This document shows positions 1-8,938 of a stretch of DNA of 40,181 bases, piece after piece. A program made the position numbers and the translations under genes. This stretch comes from Bacteroidota bacterium (lineage in GTDB: Bacteria > Bacteroidota > Bacteroidia > Bacteroidales > GWE2-29-8), in the NCBI GenBank assembly GCA_030706235.1, contig JAUZOY010000003.1, positions 1 through 40,181 of the forward strand. Direction: 5' to 3'. Within the stretch, counting starts at the first letter, position 1, and every line of letters starts with the position of its first letter. A model generated the notes under the pieces. That model was not told the origin of the DNA, searched no databases, and worked only from the letters and a program-made list of their open reading frames with translations.

Positions 1-831
1 GATACTTTTATAATTCCCGTGTTGTTCTTTATATCTTATAATAAGCTTAGCATTGTTGTATTTTATGTAAGGATGTTTTCTGAGTTCGTCAAATCCTGCC
101 GTATTCAGATTTATTCTTCTGATTTTGTTGAGATCTATAGTTAAAAATTTTTCTATTTTGGAATAGAGGGTGGTGTCTAGACCGTAAACTTCGAGTAATT
201 GTTGTTTGTTTAGAAATCCGCCAAGAAGATCTCTGTATTTGATAATTCTTCTTGCATAACCTGGACCTATACCTCTCAATTTTGTTAGCGATAAAGTATC
301 GGCAGTATTTAACTCGATGATTTTGTCTTCTTTAAAGCTGGAAAATGTTCTTACGGGAAATTCTTTCTTCGGTGTTTCCGGGATATTGATGTATGGTTCT
401 AATCTTTTGTAATCTTTATCTCCTATGCTATAGATCTTCTTCAGATCTTCTTTCTTATTGAAATGGCCTCCTTTGTCCTCATAATTCTTTATTACTCTTA
501 TTTGCTTCCTTGTAAGTCCCAGTGCAATCCATTTCTCTTCATCAAGATTATTGGGATTAAATAAGAATAAGTGAATATCCTTTACGGCTTTGTTTCTTCT
601 TTCATCTTTCCATGAGATATTATAATTGTCCTTAACATCCATAGATTTTAAAGAATCAGAAGATTTAATTAAATCGACAACTTTTTTCCTGTAATTTTCT
701 TCTTTTGATATGAATATCTTATCCTGAAATGAATTATATAGGATCACCAATATTATGAGAACAATCAGAATAATTAGTCCGTTGCGTTCTCCTTTGCTGA
801 ATGAAAAATATTCTTTGAAAAATTCTTTCAA
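1..831 (-). CDS. ComEA-like helix-hairpin-helix DNA-binding membrane protein (3' end runs off the window)
   Basis: Not in the ORF track. Manual translation from TTG at 831 is open to base 1: LKEFFKEYFSFSKGERNGLIILIVLIILVILY (TM) ... FNPNNLDEEKWIALGL ... IELNTADTLSLTKLRGIGPGYARRIIKYRDLLGGF ... INLNTAGFDELRKHPYI (repeated HhH motifs). Confidence 0.88.
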   Translation of the reverse strand, partial: MKEFFKEYFSFSKGERNGLIILIVLIILVILYNSFQDKIFISKEENYRKKVVDLIKSSDSLKSMDVKDNYNISWKDERRNKAVKDIHLFLFNPNNLDEEKWIALGLTRKQIRVIKNYEDKGGHFNKKEDLKKIYSIGDKDYKRLEPYINIPETPKKEFPVRTFSSFKEDKIIELNTADTLSLTKLRGIGPGYARRIIKYRDLLGGFLNKQQLLEVYGLDTTLYSKIEKFLTIDLNKIRRINLNTAGFDELRKHPYIKYNNAKLIIRYKEQHGNYKSI

Positions 832-873
832 TTTATAGCCATTGTTTTAATTTTCCAACAAGAAAATGAAAAA

Positions 874-881
874 CAAAGATA
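874..881 (-). promoter_or_regulatory. Bacteroidota sigma-A -7 box (TATCTTTG) upstream of the ComEA-like gene
   Basis: caaagata on the + strand matches the TAnnTTTG consensus, about 40 nt upstream of the start. Confidence 0.55.
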
Positions 882-952
882 AATAAAAATAATGATAAAT
901 TAAGAAACCGTTTTGAATTATAAAAAATGAATTATATGCAGCTGAAAATTAA

Positions 953-989
953 GCCCTCACCCCCAACCCCTCTCCCAAAGGAGAGGGGT
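953..989. repeat. BoxC-like GC-rich palindromic element
   Basis: GCCCTCACCCCCAACCCCTCTCCCAAAGGAGAGGGGT. Perfect 10-bp stem ACCCCTCTCC (966-975) / GGAGAGGGGT (980-989) with a CAAA loop and a C-rich tail, in AT-rich intergenic DNA. Confidence 0.7.
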
Positions 990-1089
990 GTAAAAACTTA
1001 TTTATCAAACTATTAGCTCGGATATAGCATATATCAAATAGTTTTTAAAAATAAAATCAAAACAATTTCTAAATATTAATAACTTTCAA

Positions 1090-2277
1090 CTAAATAAGTT
1101 CTCTGAGTTTCAATTGTATTGTTCTGGTCTCATTTGAATCTCTTACTGTAATTTCTATAGAGTGTCCTTTTTCTCTGAGCATTTTTTTTATTTCCGTTAG
1201 TTTAAGCTTTTCGGCTTGTTTTCCTTCAATTTTAATTATTTCATCTCCTTTTTTCAGTTTAGCCTCAGAAGCAGGAGAATTTGCATAAACATCATGAATT
1301 ATCACTTTTTTCCTGTTTTTGCTCAACTTAACTTCCATGCCGGAACAATTTACTCTATAACTTTCTTTATAAGATTTGTTGTCTTCCAGATATATACGGC
1401 TGTTTTGGTAATCAAATATTATGTTAAATCTTTTTAATACCTCTGTGCCTATCATTCCGTCATATTCAGACTCTGAAAGAGTACCTGTAGTTGCCTGACT
1501 AAAAGTTACCGGCATATTAAAAAAATCATAACCACAAAAGCTAAATTTATGGATTCTGGCTTTGAAGGTTCTGCTGTCACTTGTAAGTATTCCAACGGAA
1601 TTGAATTTATAAGTGTTTTTAACTTTTTCAAGTAAATTATATTTATTCACAAAAGGTGTTCCCACTACTAAAGAACTGTTATATCCGGTATCAAGAATGA
1701 AATTTCCTCTGACAGTATCATTTTTATTTATCCAGAGAATTGCATTGATGCTTGGAATGTTGTCTCTCATTGTTATTGAAAAATAATTTTGCGGTTTGGT
1801 TTTAATATCTTCAAATTTATCAAATATCTCGAGACAATTTTTATCGAAATTAAGTCTGACTATTCTGCCTTTGAGAAAATCATAGCCAACCATCCCGTCA
1901 ATACTTTTCCCGAATTTTAGTTCCATATCTTCAAGCGGTGCTTTAATAAACTGTAATTTATCAAGCTTTACTTTCCCTATCATCAGATTATTGTTAACAA
2001 AATAATAAAGAGAATCCTCGCCTATAGCTCCAAAAAATTCTGCTTTTCCGTCAGGTATCATATTCAATTTGTCAGCCCTTGTAGAATTCAGCAAAGTAGT
2101 ATTAAAGCCGGTATCAAACATCAGGTCAAGCTTTATGGAATCATTTAATTTTGCTTTGACAAATATCCAGTCTTCGTATGATTCAAAAGGAATAATTATC
2201 TCATTATTACCTTGCTGTGATATACAGGAATTAAAAATAATGAAAAGTAATAATGTAAGAAATATATTCCTGAACAT
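1090..2277 (-). CDS. Lipoprotein with two retropepsin-like aspartyl protease domains and a C-terminal PDZ domain
   Basis: Lipobox-like FNSC. Two catalytic motifs, MFDTG and ILDTG, each followed by a DGMVG/DGMIG motif. PDZ signature VYANSPASEAKLKKGDEIIKIEG. Confidence 0.88.
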   Translation of the reverse strand: MFRNIFLTLLLFIIFNSCISQQGNNEIIIPFESYEDWIFVKAKLNDSIKLDLMFDTGFNTTLLNSTRADKLNMIPDGKAEFFGAIGEDSLYYFVNNNLMIGKVKLDKLQFIKAPLEDMELKFGKSIDGMVGYDFLKGRIVRLNFDKNCLEIFDKFEDIKTKPQNYFSITMRDNIPSINAILWINKNDTVRGNFILDTGYNSSLVVGTPFVNKYNLLEKVKNTYKFNSVGILTSDSRTFKARIHKFSFCGYDFFNMPVTFSQATTGTLSESEYDGMIGTEVLKRFNIIFDYQNSRIYLEDNKSYKESYRVNCSGMEVKLSKNRKKVIIHDVYANSPASEAKLKKGDEIIKIEGKQAEKLKLTEIKKMLREKGHSIEITVRDSNETRTIQLKLRELI

Positions 2278-2337
2278 GATTTACAATTAAAAATAATTGA
2301 ATAATTAATCCCTGTTAACTATGTTATGAATATTTTA

Positions 2338-2345
2338 CAAACCTA
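2338..2345 (-). promoter_or_regulatory. -7 promoter box (TAGGTTTG) for the protease gene
   Basis: caaaccta on the + strand, 60 nt upstream of the ATG. Confidence 0.55.
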
Positions 2346-2445
2346 CATAATTTTTATTAATTATGGTATTGATTGATAAAAAAAATACATGATATTAAAC
2401 ACCATTATTTGAAATCAATATACCAAAATGCCGATAGTATTTATT

Positions 2446-3447
2446 TTAGCTTTTTCTGAAAAATTTAAGATCCGGAACAAAAAATATACCGGCAATTGCA
2501 GGTATCACAAGATTAATTAACCATATAACAAATGAAGAAGTTAGTATGCCGAGTTCGGTTTTGGCAGGAATAGGGCTATTTAATAAATAACTTATAAAAT
2601 AAAGTGCTACTGACCCCCTGATACCAACTTCAATAAGTGCAATTGTAGGTATAACTGAAATAACAAAAAATATTATCGATATCATCAGCATTCCTTCAAT
2701 AAACGGTATATTTACATCAAAAATATAAAGTATAAGATAATACTGCAATGAAAATACAAAATACCTTATTAAACTGATAAGAAAAACTTTTAATAACTCT
2801 CTGAATTTGTAATAGTAAAATACTTTTGAATACTTCCTGAATTTGGCAAATATTTTTATCTTGTTCAATAAAGGAAACAATACTCGTAAATTAAAAAAAA
2901 GAATAGTAATAAATACTACTAATACAAGTGTGATAAATATCAATCCGAAGAATGCATAATTATTGAAATCAGAACCATCTCTGAAATATTTTCCAACAAA
3001 GTATAATAGACTTAATGAACCGGTAATTATTGTGATCAATAACTGGCACATACTACCTATCATAGTTATCAGTATTGCCTTGATCCTGTTGCCTCTTTCT
3101 AGAACGAAAATCCTACCTCCGAATTCTCCAACTCTGTTGGGTGTTAAAATACTGACTGTAACCCCGGTTAGTACTCCTTTTAAAGCTTTAAAAAATCCGA
3201 TTTTTTCAATTTTCTTTATTAGATACTGCCATTTATATGTCTCAAGAGACCAGTTTATAAGCATTAATAATAAAACAATTGTTACTATTGTATAATCAAT
3301 AGCATTTTCAATTGTATCTCTGAACTCAATCAGTACTGTAGTAAAATCTGATTTATAGAATATCTGTTTATATATATACCCAAAGGAACATAATATTATA
3401 AGTGTTTTTATTAATATGCTTATGCATTTCTTGTTCCTGATAATCAC
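2446..3447 (-). CDS. Lysylphosphatidylglycerol synthase TM-domain (UPF0104/flippase-like) membrane protein
   Basis: Multiple TM helices with motifs NWSLETYKW and TPNRVGEFGGR, and EVGIRG near the C-terminus. Confidence 0.8.
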   Translation of the reverse strand: MIIRNKKCISILIKTLIILCSFGYIYKQIFYKSDFTTVLIEFRDTIENAIDYTIVTIVLLLMLINWSLETYKWQYLIKKIEKIGFFKALKGVLTGVTVSILTPNRVGEFGGRIFVLERGNRIKAILITMIGSMCQLLITIITGSLSLLYFVGKYFRDGSDFNNYAFFGLIFITLVLVVFITILFFNLRVLFPLLNKIKIFAKFRKYSKVFYYYKFRELLKVFLISLIRYFVFSLQYYLILYIFDVNIPFIEGMLMISIIFFVISVIPTIALIEVGIRGSVALYFISYLLNSPIPAKTELGILTSSFVIWLINLVIPAIAGIFFVPDLKFFRKS

Positions 3448-3456
3448 TGTAGTATT

Positions 3457-5286
3457 TTAATAACTGATGTATAAGGATTTTTGATTCTTATCATTAAGAA
3501 TTTCTAGTAATTCTTTAAGATCAGAAAAAGCTTTATTGTTTTCGTAGAAATTAACCATGGAAATTTTTCTTGTTATTAAGATATTATTCCCTTTTACATT
3601 TATTTCGTTTAAAACTTGTCCTGCTTCGTTACTTTTTTTTGCAGTCAGTGTTTTATTTATTAGCTTCATATTTTCAGGAATATTGATTTTCCATTTATAT
3701 TCTTCGGGATATATAAACCCAAGTTCAATGGGAGTATGTCTTGTGGAAGGATTAACTGTAATATTATTTTCAGCAAGGATTCCACTTCCTCCCGGTATTT
3801 GAAGATTAATTGTCCCATTCATACTCATTAATGAAACCGGTGATGTAAATTCAAAATTGCATTCTGTCTTATATTTTGCAACCTGATTTATATTTTCTTC
3901 TTTTATCTTTATGTTAATATTTGGACTTTTAAATAAATGTGTAACAAATGATTTAATCTTATCCTTTGTGTAATCAAAATTATAAAACCCTGTGAGTTCT
4001 ATATGTCCTTTACCACTTACCATTAAATTTTTATCAATATTTAATTCTCCTGAAAATTCAAGAGATTTTACATTTGAGGCGTTTCCCTTAAAGACAGTTC
4101 CTGTTTCAATATTATCGAAAGGAATATAATATTTATTTAGAAGCTTATCCGGGGTAATATTTGATTGTGTATTACAAGGATCTAAAAATAAAGGATATTT
4201 ATCAATGTCTTCGCATAATACATAAAACGTATTAAATTGATTTATAAATGAAATGTCACCTTGTTCTTTTGATGTATTTGATACAAATACAGGCTTTGAT
4301 TTTATTCCGGCATATTCAAGCATGGCAGATAATAGTATAGCTTTATCTAATTGTGAACCTGAATTCCTTGAAAATGTTTCTTTAGCTTTCATAGGTTTAT
4401 AACCTAATAAAGTCATATCACATATCATATTTGCAACGTTTTTAACAACATAATTTTTCAATTCTATAGCTCTGTCGATTTGACTTGCTTTGTTCTTTAA
4501 TAGGGTATCAACTATTGCTTTACCTTCGTAACCGAGATCATAAATATCGGATTTATTGGAGAAAATATGTTCACTGATTTCTTTACTATTGCATGTTGAG
4601 AAAAATAATACCGGTGAGAATTCTTCCATTTCAGGCTGATAATGCTCAACTTCAACTTGCGGTATGTTTTCAATTATCCAGGTGTAAGTATCAAATTTAT
4701 CACCATTTGCTTTTACAGGTTTATAATTACCATTAACTATATTGTATTTAAGCATCTTTCCTTTAGGAACTCTTACTATTATTGACATTTTATTTATCGG
4801 ACATCTGCCGCCAATGATAACTTTACCAGTCATTCCTGGAATCATTCCGGGTTTAGTTTCAATTGTATATCCGAAATCAACAGAAGAATTTTTTTCAATA
4901 CCTGTATGTGAAACAACGACTTCTCGTAAATGGTTATAAGGTGCAACTCCGGAAGCAAAGCCCGGAAGAACTTCATTTATTCCATTCTTAGGAGTAGGTA
5001 CTTGTTTGCCATCAGCCATGGTTGTTACAGATTTGGTTATTTTTACCTTCTGATATAGAGGATTGTAAGAAATAAAATCTTCACCAAAAACTCTTGTAAA
5101 TGAATATCCTGTCAGGAGATTTACCTTATGTTCATAATTAAATATTGTTGAACCATCCGGATTAAGGGTATATTCATATTTTATTTCTTTATATACTGCA
5201 TCAGTGTTTCCATAATCAGAGGATTTTTGTCCGTTAACATTTATGAATATCAGTAACACTAAAATCAAAATTATAAAATTTCTCAT
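3457..5286 (-). CDS. Exported DUF3857 + transglutaminase-like protein, catalytic residues degenerate
   Basis: Signal peptide and DUF3857-like N-terminus. SGSQLDKAILL aligns with GVCKDKAGML of the neighbour but has no Cys; QFNTF has no His. Confidence 0.75.
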   Translation of the reverse strand: MRNFIILILVLLIFINVNGQKSSDYGNTDAVYKEIKYEYTLNPDGSTIFNYEHKVNLLTGYSFTRVFGEDFISYNPLYQKVKITKSVTTMADGKQVPTPKNGINEVLPGFASGVAPYNHLREVVVSHTGIEKNSSVDFGYTIETKPGMIPGMTGKVIIGGRCPINKMSIIVRVPKGKMLKYNIVNGNYKPVKANGDKFDTYTWIIENIPQVEVEHYQPEMEEFSPVLFFSTCNSKEISEHIFSNKSDIYDLGYEGKAIVDTLLKNKASQIDRAIELKNYVVKNVANMICDMTLLGYKPMKAKETFSRNSGSQLDKAILLSAMLEYAGIKSKPVFVSNTSKEQGDISFINQFNTFYVLCEDIDKYPLFLDPCNTQSNITPDKLLNKYYIPFDNIETGTVFKGNASNVKSLEFSGELNIDKNLMVSGKGHIELTGFYNFDYTKDKIKSFVTHLFKSPNINIKIKEENINQVAKYKTECNFEFTSPVSLMSMNGTINLQIPGGSGILAENNITVNPSTRHTPIELGFIYPEEYKWKINIPENMKLINKTLTAKKSNEAGQVLNEINVKGNNILITRKISMVNFYENNKAFSDLKELLEILNDKNQKSLYISY

Positions 5287-5362
5287 TCTAAGTCTTTGTT
5301 AAATTAATGTTTGTATTTTTATCTCTGTTTTTTAACTTTTTGTTTGTTTTCCTTTTGCGCAC

Positions 5363-7432
5363 TTAGCGTGGAATTTTCATTTTAAAAATAACAGGTAATT
5401 GTGTCATTTTTATTCTTTCAGCCAATGCATTCCTGAAATCAGGCCACTCATTCGCTTCATATACTCTTTTCTCCATTCTATGTTTTGCATTTAGAACCAA
5501 CATATTCCCTTTTTCAATACTGTATTTACCATCGAAAGCGGCAGCCTTCCCAATCACTGTTTTAAACTGAGGAATAAATGCCACTCCTCCATTATCAGGG
5601 ATAATTGTTGTGTCAGTAATTTCTGTTAGCTTGGAACATCTCATTCTAAATCCATAAGCTCTTTCATACATCGTTGTATCGGTGTACATCTCTGGAGTCA
5701 TACTTCCGTCTCTGAATGGATTTGCTGCTGCGAGCGGTGTGAAAATAATCTTTCCTTGATTGATAATTGCATATTCCGGAATTCTGTATCTGACTTTAAT
5801 AGTCATCGGTTTTGAAAGATCATCCGGATTTTGATAGTACTGTTCCAATATTTCGGCTTTCGGGTTGAATTCATGTATTGCAGATGGAATGTATTCTTCC
5901 CATTCTGATCGGTAACTTCTGCTAAAAGCTCTCCTTATTGAAGCATCAGATTGGCCATCTGCTTGCAGTGTTATAGTTCCTTCAAGTGTGCCTTTATCAT
6001 TCAACACAGCTTTATTGTTTAGTTTCCAGTAATGGTTTTCAGCAGGGGATATCGGTGTAGTCATAAGATCAACGCCGCCGGGAATACCCATTAGAAATTG
6101 TTGTTGTTGTTCAGCACTCGACCATAATTCTCTTACACCTGGTACCCAGGTAGGATCAAGCAGATTCCATTGACCGTTAGAGCGTTTTACTACTGCAACA
6201 CTATGATTAAACTGGTCTGCCGGAATACGGTCAATTCTTGAACCGGCCATAGTCATTGCGGGATATGATTCAAAACCCGCTGCTCTGAGCATCGTTATAA
6301 GCATTCCTGCTTTATCTTTGCATACTCCGCATCTGTCAAGGTAAGTTACAGATCCTTTATGTAAAGTATATCCTTCGCCTTTTCCCATAGAAAGTCCTGA
6401 ATATCTTACTTCTTCTGCTACCCAGTGAGTAAGTTTAGCAATCTTTTCTCCCTCGTCTGTAGTATTTTTTAGAATTTCGTCAACTTTTTTCTTTACATCA
6501 GGAGTAACTTCAAAACTTTTGTAGCTCTCATTAACATTATAAAACCAAAGTGATTTATCGAACCAGTCTTTAGTCGTAGATAAAAGTAGTTTAGGTGCTA
6601 CATCGGAAGGACTTACCATTGAAGGTTCTGATTTGTATGGAATAATGTCTTTTTTAGTCCAGCAATAAATATTTTTTCCTGATCTGTTTAGTACCTCATC
6701 TTTGGTAATGCCTGCTTCTGGTGATTGAACCTTTTGTGGATTTGTGACTACTATTTCTTTGTTAATTTTGTCAGTTGACATAAGAAAATTTGATGATGAC
6801 TCTCCGTTGTAAAAACAATATTGTAATTGTTTATCTGCAGGCAATGATATTAAATATACTTTTTCTTTTACCGGCATTTTGCTGTAGAATTCAACTATAT
6901 CATAGAACTGACCTTTCATTGGCGGAATAAATTTATCCTCATCACCCTGATCCTGTAATAATGCATATGTGAAACCTTTTCGGAATGTTATTGTTTCAAT
7001 TGCATCTCCCGGTTCAAGTCTGCCAAATTCTATCATTTTTTCTCTTGCCCCCCAGAAAATAGATCTTGCAGGAGCAGGATAATCTTTCACTTTATTAACA
7101 TCAAGAGTGATTATCATCCCATTTTTTTTATAAATTCTTGCTACTTTGAGCTGTACATCAGCTGACAAAGGATCATACCCGAATACAGCTACTTTATTTT
7201 CTTTGGCTCCGGTTGTTGTCAGTATTTTTACAAGCTTATGCATTGTAGAATAGCTTAATCCTGTCTCTCTTACATCTACAATAGTACTGTCATATACTGC
7301 TACTACATTTGCATTGTCATTGTTTTTTGCATCTCCAGCAGATTTTATCAAATCCGAATTCCTGCTATTCTGTGAATATGCACAAATTCCACAAAATGCA
7401 ATCAAAATTCCTGAAAATAAGTATTTATTCAT
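5363..7432 (-). CDS. Exported DUF3857 + transglutaminase-like (cysteine protease fold) protein
   Basis: Signal peptide and intact Cys-His-Asp triad: GVCKDKA, QFNHSV, LLDPT. Confidence 0.85.
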   Translation of the reverse strand: MNKYLFSGILIAFCGICAYSQNSRNSDLIKSAGDAKNNDNANVVAVYDSTIVDVRETGLSYSTMHKLVKILTTTGAKENKVAVFGYDPLSADVQLKVARIYKKNGMIITLDVNKVKDYPAPARSIFWGAREKMIEFGRLEPGDAIETITFRKGFTYALLQDQGDEDKFIPPMKGQFYDIVEFYSKMPVKEKVYLISLPADKQLQYCFYNGESSSNFLMSTDKINKEIVVTNPQKVQSPEAGITKDEVLNRSGKNIYCWTKKDIIPYKSEPSMVSPSDVAPKLLLSTTKDWFDKSLWFYNVNESYKSFEVTPDVKKKVDEILKNTTDEGEKIAKLTHWVAEEVRYSGLSMGKGEGYTLHKGSVTYLDRCGVCKDKAGMLITMLRAAGFESYPAMTMAGSRIDRIPADQFNHSVAVVKRSNGQWNLLDPTWVPGVRELWSSAEQQQQFLMGIPGGVDLMTTPISPAENHYWKLNNKAVLNDKGTLEGTITLQADGQSDASIRRAFSRSYRSEWEEYIPSAIHEFNPKAEILEQYYQNPDDLSKPMTIKVRYRIPEYAIINQGKIIFTPLAAANPFRDGSMTPEMYTDTTMYERAYGFRMRCSKLTEITDTTIIPDNGGVAFIPQFKTVIGKAAAFDGKYSIEKGNMLVLNAKHRMEKRVYEANEWPDFRNALAERIKMTQLPVIFKMKIPR

Positions 7433-7460
7433 GCTTTTTAATTTTCAATTTTATATTCCA

Positions 7461-7495
7461 TCATTAACCATTAGCCATTAACCGTTAACCATTAA
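7461..7495. repeat. Heptamer tandem repeat (CCATTAA)x5 overlapping the ADH stop codon
   Basis: tcattaa ccattag ccattaa ccgttaa ccattaa. Confidence 0.85.
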
Positions 7496-8623
7496 TTCTA
7501 TGATTGTTTTATAATCAGAATTCTTTAGTGTATAGTTACTGCCTCCGACCTTGTTTTTAACAAATAATGAGTACAATTTTTTATGCTGATCTTCATTAAT
7601 TCCTGCTTCTTTTAATCTGATAGGAGAGCCAATAGATTTAAAGAAATTTTCCAGCCTTGAAATAGTTTCTTCAGGATCTTCCACATTAAATAATTCTCTG
7701 CCAAGATAACTTATTCTTTCTTTCGCTTTTTCTTTGTGGAATCTCAACCACGCAGGATATGCAATAGAAAGAGATGCACCATGAGCTATATCATAAATCA
7801 AAGATAATTCATGCCCTATGCTATGTACTCCCCAATCACCACCTCTTCTGCCATGTGATAACATCCCATTAAGAGCACAAGTTGATGCATATAATAATGC
7901 TGCCCTGTAGTCATAATTATCCGGGTTTTTTAAAACCAATGGTGTGAAATGCATTACTTCTTTTATTATTGAAGTAATGAATCTATCTGAAAGAGAAGAT
8001 TCACCCTTACCGAAAAATGCTTCAAGAGAGTGCGCAATTATATCTACTGCACCATATGCAGTATAGTCTGCCGGTACACTATAAGTAAACTGTGGATCAA
8101 GAAAAGAAACTTTAGGGTATAATAAAGGATGTCCCCATCCTAATTTTTCTTCAGCATTTTTACTTTGAATTACAGCAAACATATTCATTTCAGTGCCGGT
8201 AGCGGCTACTGTAAGAACTGTTATTAATGGGATATTCTTAACAGGAGTAGCTTCTCCTGTTGCATATGCCCAGGCGCCAACTGTTCCGGGAATAGTTACT
8301 GAAATATATTTTGCCGAATCAATCACACTGCCTCCGCCTACTGCAAGAATTACATCAACTCTTTTCTCCCACCCAATCATTGCTGCACTATTAACATCTG
8401 AAACTTCAGGGTTAGATTTTATTCCTGAATATTCAAACACCTCCGCTCCGATTGAGTTCAACTGGCTTATGACCTGATCATATATGCCATTCTTTTTTAT
8501 AGAACCTTTCCCATAAACCAGTAATACTCTATTACCATATTCTTTTACAGTTTGCCCAAGTTTATTTATAATACCCTTACCGAATAATACTTTCGTAGGG
8601 TTATACATTACAAAATTTTCCAT
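7478..8623 (-). CDS. Iron-containing alcohol dehydrogenase (butanol dehydrogenase BdhA/YqhD-like)
   Basis: MENFVMYNPTKVLFGKG, AVGGGSVIDSAK, ATGTEMN. Metal ligands in DIIAHSLE, WGVHSIGHELS and AHGASL. Confidence 0.92.
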   Translation of the reverse strand: MENFVMYNPTKVLFGKGIINKLGQTVKEYGNRVLLVYGKGSIKKNGIYDQVISQLNSIGAEVFEYSGIKSNPEVSDVNSAAMIGWEKRVDVILAVGGGSVIDSAKYISVTIPGTVGAWAYATGEATPVKNIPLITVLTVAATGTEMNMFAVIQSKNAEEKLGWGHPLLYPKVSFLDPQFTYSVPADYTAYGAVDIIAHSLEAFFGKGESSLSDRFITSIIKEVMHFTPLVLKNPDNYDYRAALLYASTCALNGMLSHGRRGGDWGVHSIGHELSLIYDIAHGASLSIAYPAWLRFHKEKAKERISYLGRELFNVEDPEETISRLENFFKSIGSPIRLKEAGINEDQHKKLYSLFVKNKVGGSNYTLKNSDYKTIIELMVNG

Positions 8624-8646
8624 GAATTAACGATTTATTTAATAGG

Positions 8647-8654
8647 CAAAGTTA
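8647..8654 (-). promoter_or_regulatory. -7 promoter box (TAACTTTG) for the ADH-DUF3857 operon
   Basis: caaagtta on the + strand, 23 nt upstream of the ATG. Confidence 0.65.
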
Positions 8655-8938
8655 CATAAGTTTTTTCATAACTGGCTGAATAAATAGTATAAATATATAA
8701 GCTTGAATTCCCAATAAAAATATGTTCTGCATTTATATTATCAAGTTTTCAATTAGAATGAAAACAGTTTCGAAAAATATGAAATATTGTATCTCTTGAT
8801 ATATAGATATATAAATAAATTGTAATATTGTTTGCTGTAATGTTTAAGATAATAAAATAATAATATTATAGTAATATGAAATTATTTTGTAATATTGCAA
8901 AAAAATACTAATTATTAATAAATTAAATTTATATTTTT

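Noticed and set aside
2364-2425. Imperfect inverted repeat TGGTATTGATT / AATCAATATACCA considered as invertible-promoter ends
   Set aside because: The arms are imperfect and AT-rich, the -7 box lies outside them, and there is no recombinase in the window.
5353-5370. TTTGCGCAC TTAGCGTGG at the DUF3857 stop, resembling a two-unit nonamer repeat
   Set aside because: Only two degenerate units, so it cannot be distinguished from chance.
8780-8938. Very AT-rich region with TTGTAATATTG twice, considered as an origin or operator
   Set aside because: No DnaA boxes or iteron array were recognised, and short repeats are expected at this base composition.
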